The notes beneath the pieces are model-generated. The model had not been told where the DNA came from. It saw nothing but the letters and a program-made list of their open reading frames with translations, and made no database searches. This document shows positions 1 through 10,153 of a stretch of DNA of 64,000 nt, piece after piece; the stretch's first letter is position 1; each line of letters opens with the position of its first letter. Location: positions 677,101 to 741,100 of the forward strand of contig JBDRZU010000001.1 of NCBI GenBank assembly GCA_039804105.1, read 5' to 3'. Both the position numbers and the translations under genes were made by a program. Source of the stretch: a candidate division WOR-3 bacterium (GTDB lineage Bacteria; Hydrothermota; 32-111).

Positions 1-601
1 CAACCTTAATGATGAAAAAAGTAACTATTATTGCTGAAATTGGATCAAAAATAATCAAACTCTTATTAAAAACTGCAAGTCCAATTCCTACACTTGTTGC
101 TATCGAGGAAAATGCATCAGATCTATGATGCCAAGCATTTGCTTTTATCGATTGGCTTTTTATTTTATCTGCAATAAAAATGGTATATCTATATAAACCC
201 TCTTTTATAATTATGGATAAGAAGGCAAAAATAAATGTTATCCTGGTTGGTTGTATAACATGATATCCTTTAAAAATTGAAAAAATTGTTTTTACAGAAG
301 AATAAAAAATAAAAACACCAACAAAGATCAAAAAAATTCCAACAACGAATGTTGCGAAAGTTTCAATCTTACCATGTCCATAGTCGTGTGATTCATCAAC
401 AGGTTTTGAGGAAAATTTTAAGCCAAAGATTACAACAATATCTGTGATAAAATCAGACAATGAATGAAAACCATCAGCTATAAGTGCTTTACTTCTACCA
501 ACTATCCCCAAAAAAATTTTTAACAAAGTTAAAATAATATTTACAAAAAGTCCAATCAAAGTAACTTTGATACCTTCATGTTTTCTTTTTTCATTCTCCA
601 T
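1..601 (-). CDS. cation diffusion facilitator (CDF) family metal transporter, N-terminal part (3' end lies beyond window start)
   Basis: My own reverse translation from ATG at 601-599 gives MENEKRKHEGIKVTLIGLFVN...ALIADGFHSLSDFITD...DESHDYGHGKIE, the typical CDF metal-site motifs. It is absent from the ORF track because it runs off the window. Confidence 0.75.
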   Translation of the reverse strand, partial: MENEKRKHEGIKVTLIGLFVNIILTLLKIFLGIVGRSKALIADGFHSLSDFITDIVVIFGLKFSSKPVDESHDYGHGKIETFATFVVGIFLIFVGVFIFYSSVKTIFSIFKGYHVIQPTRITFIFAFLSIIIKEGLYRYTIFIADKIKSQSIKANAWHHRSDAFSSIATSVGIGLAVFNKSLIIFDPISAIIVTFFIIKV

Positions 602-694
602 GGTTTAATTATAAAATGTAAATATAGTTAGTCAATATTGACTTTAAAACTAATCAATATAAAATTATTAATTCAGAAAACTCGGAGGTATCAT

Positions 695-2155
695 ATGAAA
701 AGAAACCTAATGGTATTTTTCATAGTTTTATCAGTTTTTGTTCTAGGGATAATTTCTGCAAAAATAGTTGATATAGTTGAAGCGCAATCAACACTTGGTG
801 AAGTGAAAACAATTTCTTCAGATTATACAATTTCGGGTTATCCAAATTTCAGAGAATTGGCAAAAAAAGTTATTCCAGCCGTTGTACATATTTCTAGTGA
901 ATCTGTTGTAAAGGTTTCTCCCTTTTTTCCATTCGATGACCCATTCTTTAGAGAATTTTTCAAAGATTTTCCTCAACTTGAGAATAAAAACAGATCTCTT
1001 GGGACCGGATTTTTAATTTCTGCTGACGGTTATATAGTAACAAACTATCATGTTATAAAAGGTGCGCAAAAAATTTCTATCAAACTCCTCGATGGAAGAG
1101 AGTTCAAAGAAAAGGAAATAGAGGTTGTAGGTAAAGATGACAGAACTGACATAGCACTTTTAAAATTAAAAAATGTAAAAAATATGCCATATTTAAATTT
1201 CGGAGATTCTGATAATATAGAGGTTGGAGATTGGGTAATGGCTGCTGGTAATCCATTCGGTTTTGATGGAACAATAACTGTTGGAGTTATATCAGCAAAA
1301 AACAGAACCAACATAAACCTTTCAGAAGGACCAGTATATCAAGATTTCATTCAAACGGATGCATCCATAAATCCAGGGAACTCAGGGGGGCCACTTGTTG
1401 ATGTATATGGAAATGTCATAGGTGTTAACACCGCAATCGCATCACCATCAGGTGGAAATGTTGGTATAGGTTTTGCAATTCCTTCAAATATGGTTGTTAT
1501 GGTCATAAACCAACTTAAAGATAAAGGTCTTGTTTCAAGGGGTTACCTTGGAATATATCCTCAGGAGTTAACAACTGATCTAAAAAAGAAATTTAAGATG
1601 AAAGATGAAGAGACAGGAATACTTGTATCACAGGTTGAAGAAAATTCCCCAGCATATAAAGCAGGCATAAAAGAGGGAGATATAATTTTAGAATTTGATG
1701 GAAAAAAAGTTGAAAATGTAAGTAAATTCAGAATTCTTGTAGCACAGACTAAAGTTGGAAAAAATGTAAAGATTTTAATTTTAAGGGAAGGGAATAAAAT
1801 CACTCTTGAAGCAAAGATAGGTGAACTTAAAGAAAATGTTGCTCAAAAAGAAGAAGAAAAACAAATCGAAAGTAAATGGCTTGGAATAGTTGTTGATGAT
1901 ATAAAAAGTGAATATAAAGATAAGTTCAATATAACTGTCGACAAAGGTGTTGTGATTACAAATATAGACAACAATTCTCCAGTATTAGAAGCAGGACTAA
2001 GAGTCGGTGATGTTATCGTAAAAATTGAAGATACGAAGATAACCAATATTGCAGATTACAAAAATGCAGAAAAAAAGTATAGTAAAAATGAAGATGTTCT
2101 TTTAACTCTTAAAAGAGGAAATCTTAATATCTGGGTTGTTGTGAAAACAAAATAA
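695..2155 (+). CDS. htrA: periplasmic serine endoprotease, DegP/HtrA (Do) family, two PDZ domains
   Basis: ORF 638..2155. Triad contexts TNYHV, DIALLKL and GNSGGPL, plus two PDZ-like C-terminal segments. Start moved to ATG 695 (MKRNLMVFF signal anchor), which is preceded by GGAGG. Confidence 0.9.
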   Translation: MKRNLMVFFIVLSVFVLGIISAKIVDIVEAQSTLGEVKTISSDYTISGYPNFRELAKKVIPAVVHISSESVVKVSPFFPFDDPFFREFFKDFPQLENKNRSLGTGFLISADGYIVTNYHVIKGAQKISIKLLDGREFKEKEIEVVGKDDRTDIALLKLKNVKNMPYLNFGDSDNIEVGDWVMAAGNPFGFDGTITVGVISAKNRTNINLSEGPVYQDFIQTDASINPGNSGGPLVDVYGNVIGVNTAIASPSGGNVGIGFAIPSNMVVMVINQLKDKGLVSRGYLGIYPQELTTDLKKKFKMKDEETGILVSQVEENSPAYKAGIKEGDIILEFDGKKVENVSKFRILVAQTKVGKNVKILILREGNKITLEAKIGELKENVAQKEEEKQIESKWLGIVVDDIKSEYKDKFNITVDKGVVITNIDNNSPVLEAGLRVGDVIVKIEDTKITNIADYKNAEKKYSKNEDVLLTLKRGNLNIWVVVKTK

Positions 2156-2203
2156 AACTCAAGGAAGGTAAAGATAAAAGAGATAAACGATGTTTCACTT
2201 GAG

Positions 2204-3007
2204 ATGTATCTTAAAGAGATAAAGAAATATCCTTTACTCTCTGAAAGGGAAGAAAAAGAACTTGCAAAAAAAATAAGAGAAGGAGACAAAAAAGCACTTG
2301 AAAAGTTGATTTTGGGAAACCTTCGTTTTGTGGTTAATGTTGCGAAAGAGTATCAAGGCAAAGGACTAACACTAGCTGAACTCATCAATGAAGGAAATTA
2401 TGGTTTAATAAAAGCAGCTCAAAAATTTGATGAAACAAAAAATGTTAAATTTATATCCTATGCTGTATGGTGGATAAGACAATCGATTATGAAAGCAATT
2501 CTTGAAAATAACAGTAATATAAGAATTCCTTTATCCCAGATAACAAAAATAAACGCAGTTAATAGAGCACAACAGGAAATACTCGACCAAGAAAACAGGG
2601 CCCCAACCTTCAAAGAGATAGCAGATAAAATTGGGATCTCTGAAAATGAAGTTAAAAATATTCTGAATCTCAACAAAGTCGAACTATCACTTTCAGATCC
2701 AATAGGAGATGATGAAAACCTATATCTTGGTGACACGATAATAGAAGAAAATGAGTTATCACCAGAAGAAACATTACTGAGAAAAAGATACAAAGAAACT
2801 TTAAAAAATCAACTCGAAAAACTTTCGGAAAGGGAAGCCTTGGTATTGAAAAAATATTTTGGACTTGAGGATTATAGGCCGCATACACTTGAAGAAATAG
2901 GAAAGGAATTGAATATTTCAAGAGAAAGAGTCAGGCAGATCAAAGATAGAGCGATAAACAAATTAAAAGAGATGACCAAAAATGTTCTGGAGCCATACGA
3001 TGGATAA
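2204..3007 (+). CDS. RNA polymerase sigma factor, sigma-70 family (short form, regions 2-4)
   Basis: YLKEIKKYPLLSEREEKELAKKI, region 2 LRFVVNVAKEY...LINEGNYGLIKAAQKFD...FISYAVWWIRQSI, and region 4 TLEEIGKELNISRERVRQIKDRAINKL. Confidence 0.85.
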   Translation: MYLKEIKKYPLLSEREEKELAKKIREGDKKALEKLILGNLRFVVNVAKEYQGKGLTLAELINEGNYGLIKAAQKFDETKNVKFISYAVWWIRQSIMKAILENNSNIRIPLSQITKINAVNRAQQEILDQENRAPTFKEIADKIGISENEVKNILNLNKVELSLSDPIGDDENLYLGDTIIEENELSPEETLLRKRYKETLKNQLEKLSEREALVLKKYFGLEDYRPHTLEEIGKELNISRERVRQIKDRAINKLKEMTKNVLEPYDG

Positions 3008-3881
3008 ATTTTTCAGAAAAAGAAAGATCAACATCTCAATAATACCCAGTGACTCTTCAGAGACAAAAGGTTTTAAAATGCTATTCATCATATTACCTGT
3101 GTTTTTGATACTTCTAATATCTATAACAATCTTCTTAACTTTTTCAACTGTTCAAAATTTAAGAAATATAAATAAATACTCATCAGTTAGAAAAACAAAA
3201 GAAGAAATTAAACTTTTATCAAAGAAAGATCAAGAGATTAAAAAAAGTATAGTTCAAATAGAAAAAGAAATCGTAGATCTAAAAAAAGAGATTAAGGAGT
3301 TGGAACCATTATTTGATTTTTTCTCAGGTCACATAGGTTCACAAAAAGTAAATACCGAATTACCATCAAATATTGATACTTTACTTTTCATAACAGAATA
3401 TCTAAATGGATTATCTGATACTATAATCACATTTTTGAAAAATAATAATGAAAGAACTCCTTCAATAGTTCCAATTAATGGATGGGTTTTAAGAAAATAT
3501 GGAAAGGTAAAAGATCCTTTTACAGAAACTGAAAAATTTTCAAATGGGATACTTTTTGTCTCCGAACTCAACAGTGATGTTTTTTCTTCGATATCGGGAA
3601 GGGTCTTATTTGCAGGTATTAAAAACTCAAAAAATGGTAATGTTGTAATAATAGACAATGGACTCTTTACAGTTGAATATTCACATCTTTCCTTTATAAC
3701 TGTTAAAACTGGGGATCATGTGAAAAAGGGACAGAAGATTGGAACAGCTGGTAAGAGTGGAAAAACTTTAACATCATCCGTTTTTTATAAAATCATAAGG
3801 GGTACAGAATTGATTGATCCTGAACTATCATTTTTAATACCAACATTTTTTCTTTATGATACTCTTAATACGAATTTATAA
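3000..3881 (+). CDS. membrane-anchored coiled-coil protein with degenerate LytM/M23 domain (EnvC-like)
   Basis: ORF 2982..3881. ATG 3000 gives an ATGGATAA overlap with the sigma-factor stop. TM helix, K/E-rich coiled coil, and a C-terminal M23-like fold (VIIDNGLFTVEYSHLSFITVKTGDHVKKGQKIGTAGKSG). The HxxxD and HxH zinc ligands are not present. Confidence 0.6.
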   Translation: MDKFFRKRKINISIIPSDSSETKGFKMLFIILPVFLILLISITIFLTFSTVQNLRNINKYSSVRKTKEEIKLLSKKDQEIKKSIVQIEKEIVDLKKEIKELEPLFDFFSGHIGSQKVNTELPSNIDTLLFITEYLNGLSDTIITFLKNNNERTPSIVPINGWVLRKYGKVKDPFTETEKFSNGILFVSELNSDVFSSISGRVLFAGIKNSKNGNVVIIDNGLFTVEYSHLSFITVKTGDHVKKGQKIGTAGKSGKTLTSSVFYKIIRGTELIDPELSFLIPTFFLYDTLNTNL

Positions 3882-5530
3882 AAATAGTATGTTCTTAAAA
3901 CTCTTTTCACATAATTCTTCGTTTCTATAAACGGTACTCCATCTATAAAAAGTTCCCAATCAGCATATTTTCTCTTCCACTTTTTTACATTTCCAACACC
4001 CGCATTGTAAGCCATTATAGCTTCTGATGGAGAATCCGGAAAACGATTTAGATAATCTTTTAAATGTTTTGCTCCAACTCTTATATTCTTTTCTAGATTG
4101 AAATAGTCCCTATCTTTATAGTAGGAATCATATACAAAATCCATCAACTGCATTATGCCCTTTGCATTCGAAGTCGATAAAGCATTTGTATTGAAATTGG
4201 ATTCTTCTCTTGCGATTGAAAGTAGAAGTGATAAATCAACATTTTCTTCACTTGAGATTTTTTTAAAGGTTGCAAGATAGGGTGTTGGAAATAAATAATT
4301 TATATATTTTCTGTAATCATTGCCATCCTTTATCCTTTTTTCTGAATAGTATGTTGAAAAATTATAAAACTCAAATTTATTTAGAAGATATATAATATAA
4401 TCTTTGTCTGAATTTTCATTTCTGTATTTTGAAATGAGAAAATCTTTAAAATTTTCTCTAAACCCATTACCTTCAAAAATATTATACAATTTTAAAATTA
4501 AACTGTCACATTGAAATTCCTCTTCTTTTATCTCAAGCCTCTTTTTCAAATGTATAAAAGCTCTAACAGAATAGAGTGTGAGAGGGAAATCAAGAGCAAC
4601 CAAATTCAACAAAGAATCACCTTTTTTTTTATCCCCAATCATGTAAAAATATTTTGCCTGATGGTATAAAAAGTTTTTATCATTACCTTTGTAGTTTTTC
4701 ATTATCGAATCATAGAAGTTCAAATCATTTTCATTTCTTGCATTTGAAACGATCCTAAGCAAAGCTTCATCATCATTTATCTTATAATAAATTAAAGCGG
4801 CTTTCTTATAATCTTTCTGATTCTCATAATATTTCCCAAGAAAATATACAAGATTTCCTTTTAACTTATCTTCTTCAACGAATCTGACATATTCAGATTT
4901 AATTTTTTTATCTTCAACTTTGGAGAAAATATCTGTATAAATGTTAATGTAATTTTTGATTTTTAAAGTATCATTTTCTTTTAAACTCAATAAAAATAGA
5001 ATCCAATCTGAACTGTTTTTTCTATCGATAAGTTTATCAAAATTTTTGTTAGAAAAGTTTTTTAAAAAAATAAAAACTGAATCATCATGATCAAAGATTT
5101 TTGGATTGGTTTTAAAAAAATTTATTGAATTTGAATCTTGAGGGAATTCTCTGACAAAATTAATCAAAAATCCCTTATCATGAAAAGATCTTTTAAGCAT
5201 TGTTGTATAATTTTTTATTTCTAAGCCATTTTTTGCAAAAAAATCTAACCTATTCGTATCAGTTTCATTTTTTAAAAGTTGATTCAAAACTTTTTCTTTC
5301 CTGTTATATTTTAATTTAATAATTTTATCAAGTTCATTTTTTTTAAGATAATCCATTATCAAAATCTTATATAAAATATCCTGTAAATCTTTATCTTGCA
5401 GTGAATCTATAAATTCAGTTTCATTTTCCGAAAAAAATTTTTCAACCCATAAAACATCTTTTCTTTCAACAAGGATGTTCGAAAAAATTAAAATTGGGAA
5501 AAGAAAAATCAGAACAAAGCAATTTTTCAT
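3854..5530 (-). CDS. soluble lytic murein transglycosylase (helical repeat N-domain plus SLT domain)
   Basis: Signal peptide. C-terminal SLT motifs IAREESNFNTNALSTSNAKGIMQLM and AYNAGVGNV. Confidence 0.8.
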   Translation of the reverse strand: MKNCFVLIFLFPILIFSNILVERKDVLWVEKFFSENETEFIDSLQDKDLQDILYKILIMDYLKKNELDKIIKLKYNRKEKVLNQLLKNETDTNRLDFFAKNGLEIKNYTTMLKRSFHDKGFLINFVREFPQDSNSINFFKTNPKIFDHDDSVFIFLKNFSNKNFDKLIDRKNSSDWILFLLSLKENDTLKIKNYINIYTDIFSKVEDKKIKSEYVRFVEEDKLKGNLVYFLGKYYENQKDYKKAALIYYKINDDEALLRIVSNARNENDLNFYDSIMKNYKGNDKNFLYHQAKYFYMIGDKKKGDSLLNLVALDFPLTLYSVRAFIHLKKRLEIKEEEFQCDSLILKLYNIFEGNGFRENFKDFLISKYRNENSDKDYIIYLLNKFEFYNFSTYYSEKRIKDGNDYRKYINYLFPTPYLATFKKISSEENVDLSLLLSIAREESNFNTNALSTSNAKGIMQLMDFVYDSYYKDRDYFNLEKNIRVGAKHLKDYLNRFPDSPSEAIMAYNAGVGNVKKWKRKYADWELFIDGVPFIETKNYVKRVLRTYYFYKFVLRVS

Positions 5531-6330
5531 AAAAGATTATAACCAATAAATATGGGTGTAACCTTTCCTTCAAGAAAAACTTTTGAATAGTTCTCATCAA
5601 AATAGATTGTCAAGAATTCTCCAGATCTTGCAAGAATTTTTACAGGTGAAGAGATATTGTATCTTAAAGACATTATTATCGCTGATGCAACAGAACCTGT
5701 TCCACATGAAAGAGTTTCATCCTCGACTCCCCTTTCATAGGTTCGTATTTTTATAAATTTTTTTTCTCTTTTGACGAAGTTGACATTTGTTCCCTCTTTT
5801 TTGAAAACCTTTGAAAATCTTATCTCTCTTCCAATATTTCTTACATCTATACTTTCTATATCATCAACCTCGATAACAAAATGAGGAACTCCTGTATTGA
5901 TAAACGATCCAGTAAAAATACCATAACGTGTTTCAACCTTTATGTTCTGTTTTAGAGAGTGTGGAGGAGACAATTCTAACTTTACTATGTTGCCTTTCTT
6001 TATTTGGGCTTGATGCACACCATTTTTTGAACAGAAAAGAACTTTTCTTTTTTTAATTATCCTCATCAGATAAGCAAATAGTACTATCGATCTCCCACCA
6101 TTTCCACACATCTCAGCTTCTTTGCCATCATTGTTGAAATAAACCATTTTAAAGTCACAATTTTTAATTCCCTTTTCAAGTAGTATCAAACCATCAGCAC
6201 CTATACCTGTCTTTGGTGAACACAATTTTTTTATGTAAAAAGGGGATGGTCTTTTCTGACCATCCCTATTATCGACAATTATAAAATCGTTTCCACTTCC
6301 GGAAACTTTCATAAAAAAATCAACTTTCAT
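5527..6330 (-). CDS. dapF: diaminopimelate epimerase
   Basis: MKVDFFMKVSGSGNDFIIVDN, MCGNGGR and LSCGTGSVA (the two catalytic Cys contexts). Start chosen at the internal Met (6330) by comparison with typical DapF N-termini. Confidence 0.9.
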   Translation of the reverse strand: MKVDFFMKVSGSGNDFIIVDNRDGQKRPSPFYIKKLCSPKTGIGADGLILLEKGIKNCDFKMVYFNNDGKEAEMCGNGGRSIVLFAYLMRIIKKRKVLFCSKNGVHQAQIKKGNIVKLELSPPHSLKQNIKVETRYGIFTGSFINTGVPHFVIEVDDIESIDVRNIGREIRFSKVFKKEGTNVNFVKREKKFIKIRTYERGVEDETLSCGTGSVASAIIMSLRYNISSPVKILARSGEFLTIYFDENYSKVFLEGKVTPIFIGYNLL

Positions 6331-6700
6331 AAAACGCGACAGCTTCCATTTCGATAGGACTATTTTTTGGAAGATTAGAGACCTCAACTACCGCTCGTGC
6401 AGGTAGATGATCTTTAAAATATTTTTCGTAAACAGAGTTGATTCTTGAAAAATCTAATATATTTTTGATGTAGATGTTGACTTTTACAAGATTATCAAAA
6501 GAGAGTTTTTCACCTTCAAGAATTATTTTAATGTTTTCAAGTGTTCTTTCAGTTAAAGTCTCTATATCTCCCTCAACAATGTTTCCCGTTAAAGGATCGA
6601 TTGGGAGTGTGCCGGATATAAACAAAAAATCACCGGCTCTTATTGCCTGACTGTATGGACCTACAGGTTTTGGTGCTTTTTCATTAAAAATTTTCTTCAT
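6320..6700 (-). CDS. ridA: RidA/YjgF family reactive-intermediate deaminase
   Basis: 126 aa, with APKPVGPYSQAI...GDFLFISGTLPIDP...PARAVVEVSNLPKNSPIEMEAVA. Confidence 0.85.
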   Translation of the reverse strand: MKKIFNEKAPKPVGPYSQAIRAGDFLFISGTLPIDPLTGNIVEGDIETLTERTLENIKIILEGEKLSFDNLVKVNIYIKNILDFSRINSVYEKYFKDHLPARAVVEVSNLPKNSPIEMEAVAFYES

Positions 6701-7626
6701 TCGTTAACTCCAAGAAGTTTTAACATAACCGCTTTCTGTGCATGTAATCTGTTTTCCGCTTCATCGAAAACAACCGAGTTTGGAGAATCGATAACATCAT
6801 CTGTCACTTCTTCACCCCTATGTGCTGGTAGACAATGCATAAATATCGCATCGCTTTTTGCATTTTTAAACAGTTTCATATTAACCTGATAATCTTTGAA
6901 CGCTTTTGCTCTTTCTTCTTTCTCTGCCTCTTCTCCCATCGATGCCCAGACATCTGTGTAAACAACATCAGCATCTTTTACAGCTTCAACAGGGTCATAA
7001 GTTATAATAACTTTTGAATTATTCTTTTTCGCCATCTCCTTTGCTTTTTCAACATACTCATTACCCGGTTCATATCCTTTTGCACAGGCCATATAAAAAT
7101 CAGCACCAAGCATCGATGATATGAGCATCAAAGAATGACTCATGTTGTTACCTGCTCCAACAAAGGTAAATTTGATTCCACTTGTTTTACCTTTATGTTC
7201 TTCTATGGTCAAATAATCAGCAAGCACTTGACATGGGTGTTCTTTATCGGATAGCCCATTTATAACAGGGATCTTAGCATATTTTGCTAGATCTTCAACA
7301 GATTTGTGTGAAAAAACTCTTGCCATAATTATGTCAACCATTCTATCAAGATTCCTTGCTATGTCTGGGACACTTTCCCTTGAACCAAGTGATATATCCT
7401 TTGGGCCAAGATATATCGCATGTCCACCAAGTTGTGTGAAACCTGTTTCGAAACTAACTCTTGTTCTTAAAGATGGTTTTTCAAAAATCATAGCAAGTGT
7501 CATCTGGTTAAAACAGTTACGATATTTTTTCTCTTTTACTTCTTTTTTAACTTTTTTTGCGAGTTTGAAAATTTCTAAAATTTCTTCTTTTGTTAAATCA
7601 AGAATCGAGATAAGATCTTTTTTCAT
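6697..7626 (-). CDS. argF: ornithine carbamoyltransferase
   Basis: SLRTRVSFE, EHPCQVLAD, DVWASMGEE and HCLPAHRGEEV motifs. Start moved to ATG 7626 (MKKDLISILD), which is preceded by GGAGG. Confidence 0.9.
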   Translation of the reverse strand: MKKDLISILDLTKEEILEIFKLAKKVKKEVKEKKYRNCFNQMTLAMIFEKPSLRTRVSFETGFTQLGGHAIYLGPKDISLGSRESVPDIARNLDRMVDIIMARVFSHKSVEDLAKYAKIPVINGLSDKEHPCQVLADYLTIEEHKGKTSGIKFTFVGAGNNMSHSLMLISSMLGADFYMACAKGYEPGNEYVEKAKEMAKKNNSKVIITYDPVEAVKDADVVYTDVWASMGEEAEKEERAKAFKDYQVNMKLFKNAKSDAIFMHCLPAHRGEEVTDDVIDSPNSVVFDEAENRLHAQKAVMLKLLGVNE

Positions 7627-7639
7627 TTTACCTCCATTT

Positions 7640-8122
7640 TTATTCAAAAATTTTTGCTTGAAATTCTTCAACCAATTTTGAAGTTAATTCCGTATGTTTT
7701 TTTGAAATGTTTTCAATTAATTTTTTTAACCTTTCAAAATCTATATCATCAATCGATTTTATTGAAAAAAGAATAGAAAAATTTTTTTCAACTCCAATTG
7801 AAAGATCTATCAACGTCAAATTCTCTTCAAGTAATTTTCTATAGTATGGAAGAATATTGTTTTTTGGAAGATATGTCAAGGGTGAAATCAATTTTACAAA
7901 AAATTTACCATCCTCTTTGATGAGATAAAGATAAATAGGTGTTATTCCGATCTTAAAAAACCAGCCAAACATATTTTTATCAGATAGTTCAAGTTTCGCA
8001 TCCTCATGCGTTGTTCCAACGGTTGTTAAAATTTCTTCAATTATTTTTAAGATATCTTCAATTTCATCATTTTTTTCAGTTCCAAAAATTTTTTTCACTA
8101 TATGTAATATATCCATAGTCAC
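7640..8122 (-). CDS. hypothetical cytoplasmic protein (possibly YbjN/chaperone-like fold)
   Basis: 160-aa ORF with no signal peptide, overlapping the upstream protease gene by 4 nt. The resemblance to YbjN-type putative sensory/chaperone proteins is only an impression. Confidence 0.3.
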   Translation of the reverse strand: MTMDILHIVKKIFGTEKNDEIEDILKIIEEILTTVGTTHEDAKLELSDKNMFGWFFKIGITPIYLYLIKEDGKFFVKLISPLTYLPKNNILPYYRKLLEENLTLIDLSIGVEKNFSILFSIKSIDDIDFERLKKLIENISKKHTELTSKLVEEFQAKIFE

Positions 8123-8892
8123 TCCAGATCAAGGTTATGTCCACATTTTTTACACCATTTATTTTCTGGTGGATTCTTTTCACCGCATTCAGAACATTTT
8201 TTGTATTTGGTTTTTCCTTTCTCAGAACTTTCAACAAGTTTTGCTCCACAATTTTCACACCATAAGGAGTTTGTTGTGTTTCTATATCCACAAACATTGC
8301 AGTAAACACTATCAGGAGTCAGTTTATATTTTTTTATTGTTAAATTTATTAAAGGTAAAATATCAACTATTGGTATAGCAAATCCAATCCCGGATGCATC
8401 AGCTATTTTTAGTGTATTGATCCCTATCACTCTTCCCTTCTTATCAATAAGTGGTCCCCCTGAATTTCCAGGGTTAATTGGAACATCTGTTTGTATATAT
8501 TTTATACCACCGATTTCTCTATTAAGTGCAGAGATGATACCTTTTGTGACAGTATTTTCAAAACCCAAAGGATTACCGTAAGCGATAACTTCATCTCCGA
8601 CCTTATAATCTTTTTGTTTAGCGACCGTAGCTGTTTGAAAATTTTTGTTCGATATTATTTTTATAAAAGCGATATCCATGTCAAAATTTGATTCTATAAC
8701 TTTTGCCTTAAAAATCGAATTATCAAACATCTGTATTTCGCAATCTGTACTATCTTCAACTACATGAGCGTTTGTGATAACTATTCCTGTTTTATCAGCT
8801 ATAAAACCTGTTCCAATGTTCTTATCAGTTTTTACAACAACTATACTGTCTTTTAATTTTTCAATTATTTTAGATATAGAAAAGTTTTTCAT
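8119..8892 (-). CDS. trypsin-like (S1C) serine protease with C-terminal double zinc-ribbon
   Basis: TNAHVV, DIAFIKI and GNSGGPLID triad contexts. The C-terminus carries CNVCGYRNTTNSLWCENCG and CSECGEKNPPENKWCKKCG (two CxxC...CxxC ribbons). No signal peptide. Confidence 0.75.
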   Translation of the reverse strand: MKNFSISKIIEKLKDSIVVVKTDKNIGTGFIADKTGIVITNAHVVEDSTDCEIQMFDNSIFKAKVIESNFDMDIAFIKIISNKNFQTATVAKQKDYKVGDEVIAYGNPLGFENTVTKGIISALNREIGGIKYIQTDVPINPGNSGGPLIDKKGRVIGINTLKIADASGIGFAIPIVDILPLINLTIKKYKLTPDSVYCNVCGYRNTTNSLWCENCGAKLVESSEKGKTKYKKCSECGEKNPPENKWCKKCGHNLDLE

Positions 8893-10145
8893 TTCTTTTT
8901 CATTTCTTTCAAGATCTCTTGAGCAGCTTCATCGAGAACTTTTTTACTATCCTGATTACCTTTTATAGCATACTCAAGCGCGTTTCCAAGGTATTTTCTT
9001 CCGAGGTACCATAATCTATCCTGTGGCTCCATATAAGAATTTTCAAGTTGTAAATAGACGTCCTTCAGTCGAGGATACTCTTCAAATCTTTTTTTCAAAA
9101 GTTCTGAGTCCATTGCACTTTTTCTGACAGGTAAATAACCTGTTTTGTATGACCATAATGATTGTATTTCTGGAGAAGTAAAATATTTTATAAATTTAAC
9201 TGCTCCTTCTTTTTGTTTATAGGATGCTTTTTTAAACACGGCAACATTTGTTCCAGATATTACAACAGCTCTTTTATCTCCACCTGGTACAGGGGCAATT
9301 CCAAATTCAAACTCTGGTTTTGCTTCTTTGATGAATGATAAAGAAACTGTTGAACCATAAATGATAGCAACTTTTTTTGCAAGAAAATCATCCTGATGTT
9401 GGTACCCTGTTGTTATGTATCCACTTTTATCAAAGTTTATTATCCGCTTATCTATTTCTATCGCCTTTACACCGGCTGGAGAGTTAAATAATGGTTTCAT
9501 ATTCGAATCCACAAGTGCTCCATTGTATTGGAACAATCTGCATTCAAACATCCAGACATTAATATTGAAAGCTGTCCCATGTAAATCTACTTTACCATCT
9601 TTATCCAAATCGATCGTCAATTTTTTTGTAACAGCAATAAACTCTTCCCAATTTTCAGGAAACTTTTCGATAGAAAATTTTTTAAATATATCTTTGTTAT
9701 AAAAATATGCTGGAACAGATTTATTAAAAGGAAGGGATAAAAGTTTTCCATTGAAAGTGTTATCCTTGACAAAAATTTCAAAGAAATCATTTTGGATATC
9801 TTTTTTAAACTCTTCATCGATAAGTTCTTCGATCGGTTCAATAACCCCATTATTATAGAATTCACTTGTCCATGATTCATATACCTGAGATATTACAGGA
9901 GGATTTGACATTGATGCCATCAGTTTAGTTGATAATGCTTCATAAGTTCCAACGGAAATTGGAACTATTTTGTATTCTGGGTTCTTTATATTGAACGAAT
10001 CAACAATTTCCTTCAAAGCATCTCCAGCAGGCCCACCCATCACATGCCAGAAAGTAATCTCTGTAACATTCTTATCTTTTATATCGCATGAAAACAAAAA
10101 GAAAATTGTTAAGACAATCATTGTTGTGATTTTTATAAATTTCAT
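8889..10145 (-). CDS. ABC transporter substrate-binding lipoprotein (family 1, sugar-type), orphan
   Basis: Lipobox LFSC; 418 aa; general SBP_bac_1-like pattern (TFWHVMGG..., WSYKTGYLPVRKS). No permease or ATPase gene is adjacent. Confidence 0.65.
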   Translation of the reverse strand: MKFIKITTMIVLTIFFLFSCDIKDKNVTEITFWHVMGGPAGDALKEIVDSFNIKNPEYKIVPISVGTYEALSTKLMASMSNPPVISQVYESWTSEFYNNGVIEPIEELIDEEFKKDIQNDFFEIFVKDNTFNGKLLSLPFNKSVPAYFYNKDIFKKFSIEKFPENWEEFIAVTKKLTIDLDKDGKVDLHGTAFNINVWMFECRLFQYNGALVDSNMKPLFNSPAGVKAIEIDKRIINFDKSGYITTGYQHQDDFLAKKVAIIYGSTVSLSFIKEAKPEFEFGIAPVPGGDKRAVVISGTNVAVFKKASYKQKEGAVKFIKYFTSPEIQSLWSYKTGYLPVRKSAMDSELLKKRFEEYPRLKDVYLQLENSYMEPQDRLWYLGRKYLGNALEYAIKGNQDSKKVLDEAAQEILKEMKKK

Positions 10146-10153
10146 AGATTCTC

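Noticed and set aside
8889-10145. Orphan sugar-type substrate-binding lipoprotein as part of a novel system with the neighbouring protease
   Set aside because: There is no supporting motif or partner genes. In a genome this compact, adjacency alone is insufficient, so it is mentioned only in passing.
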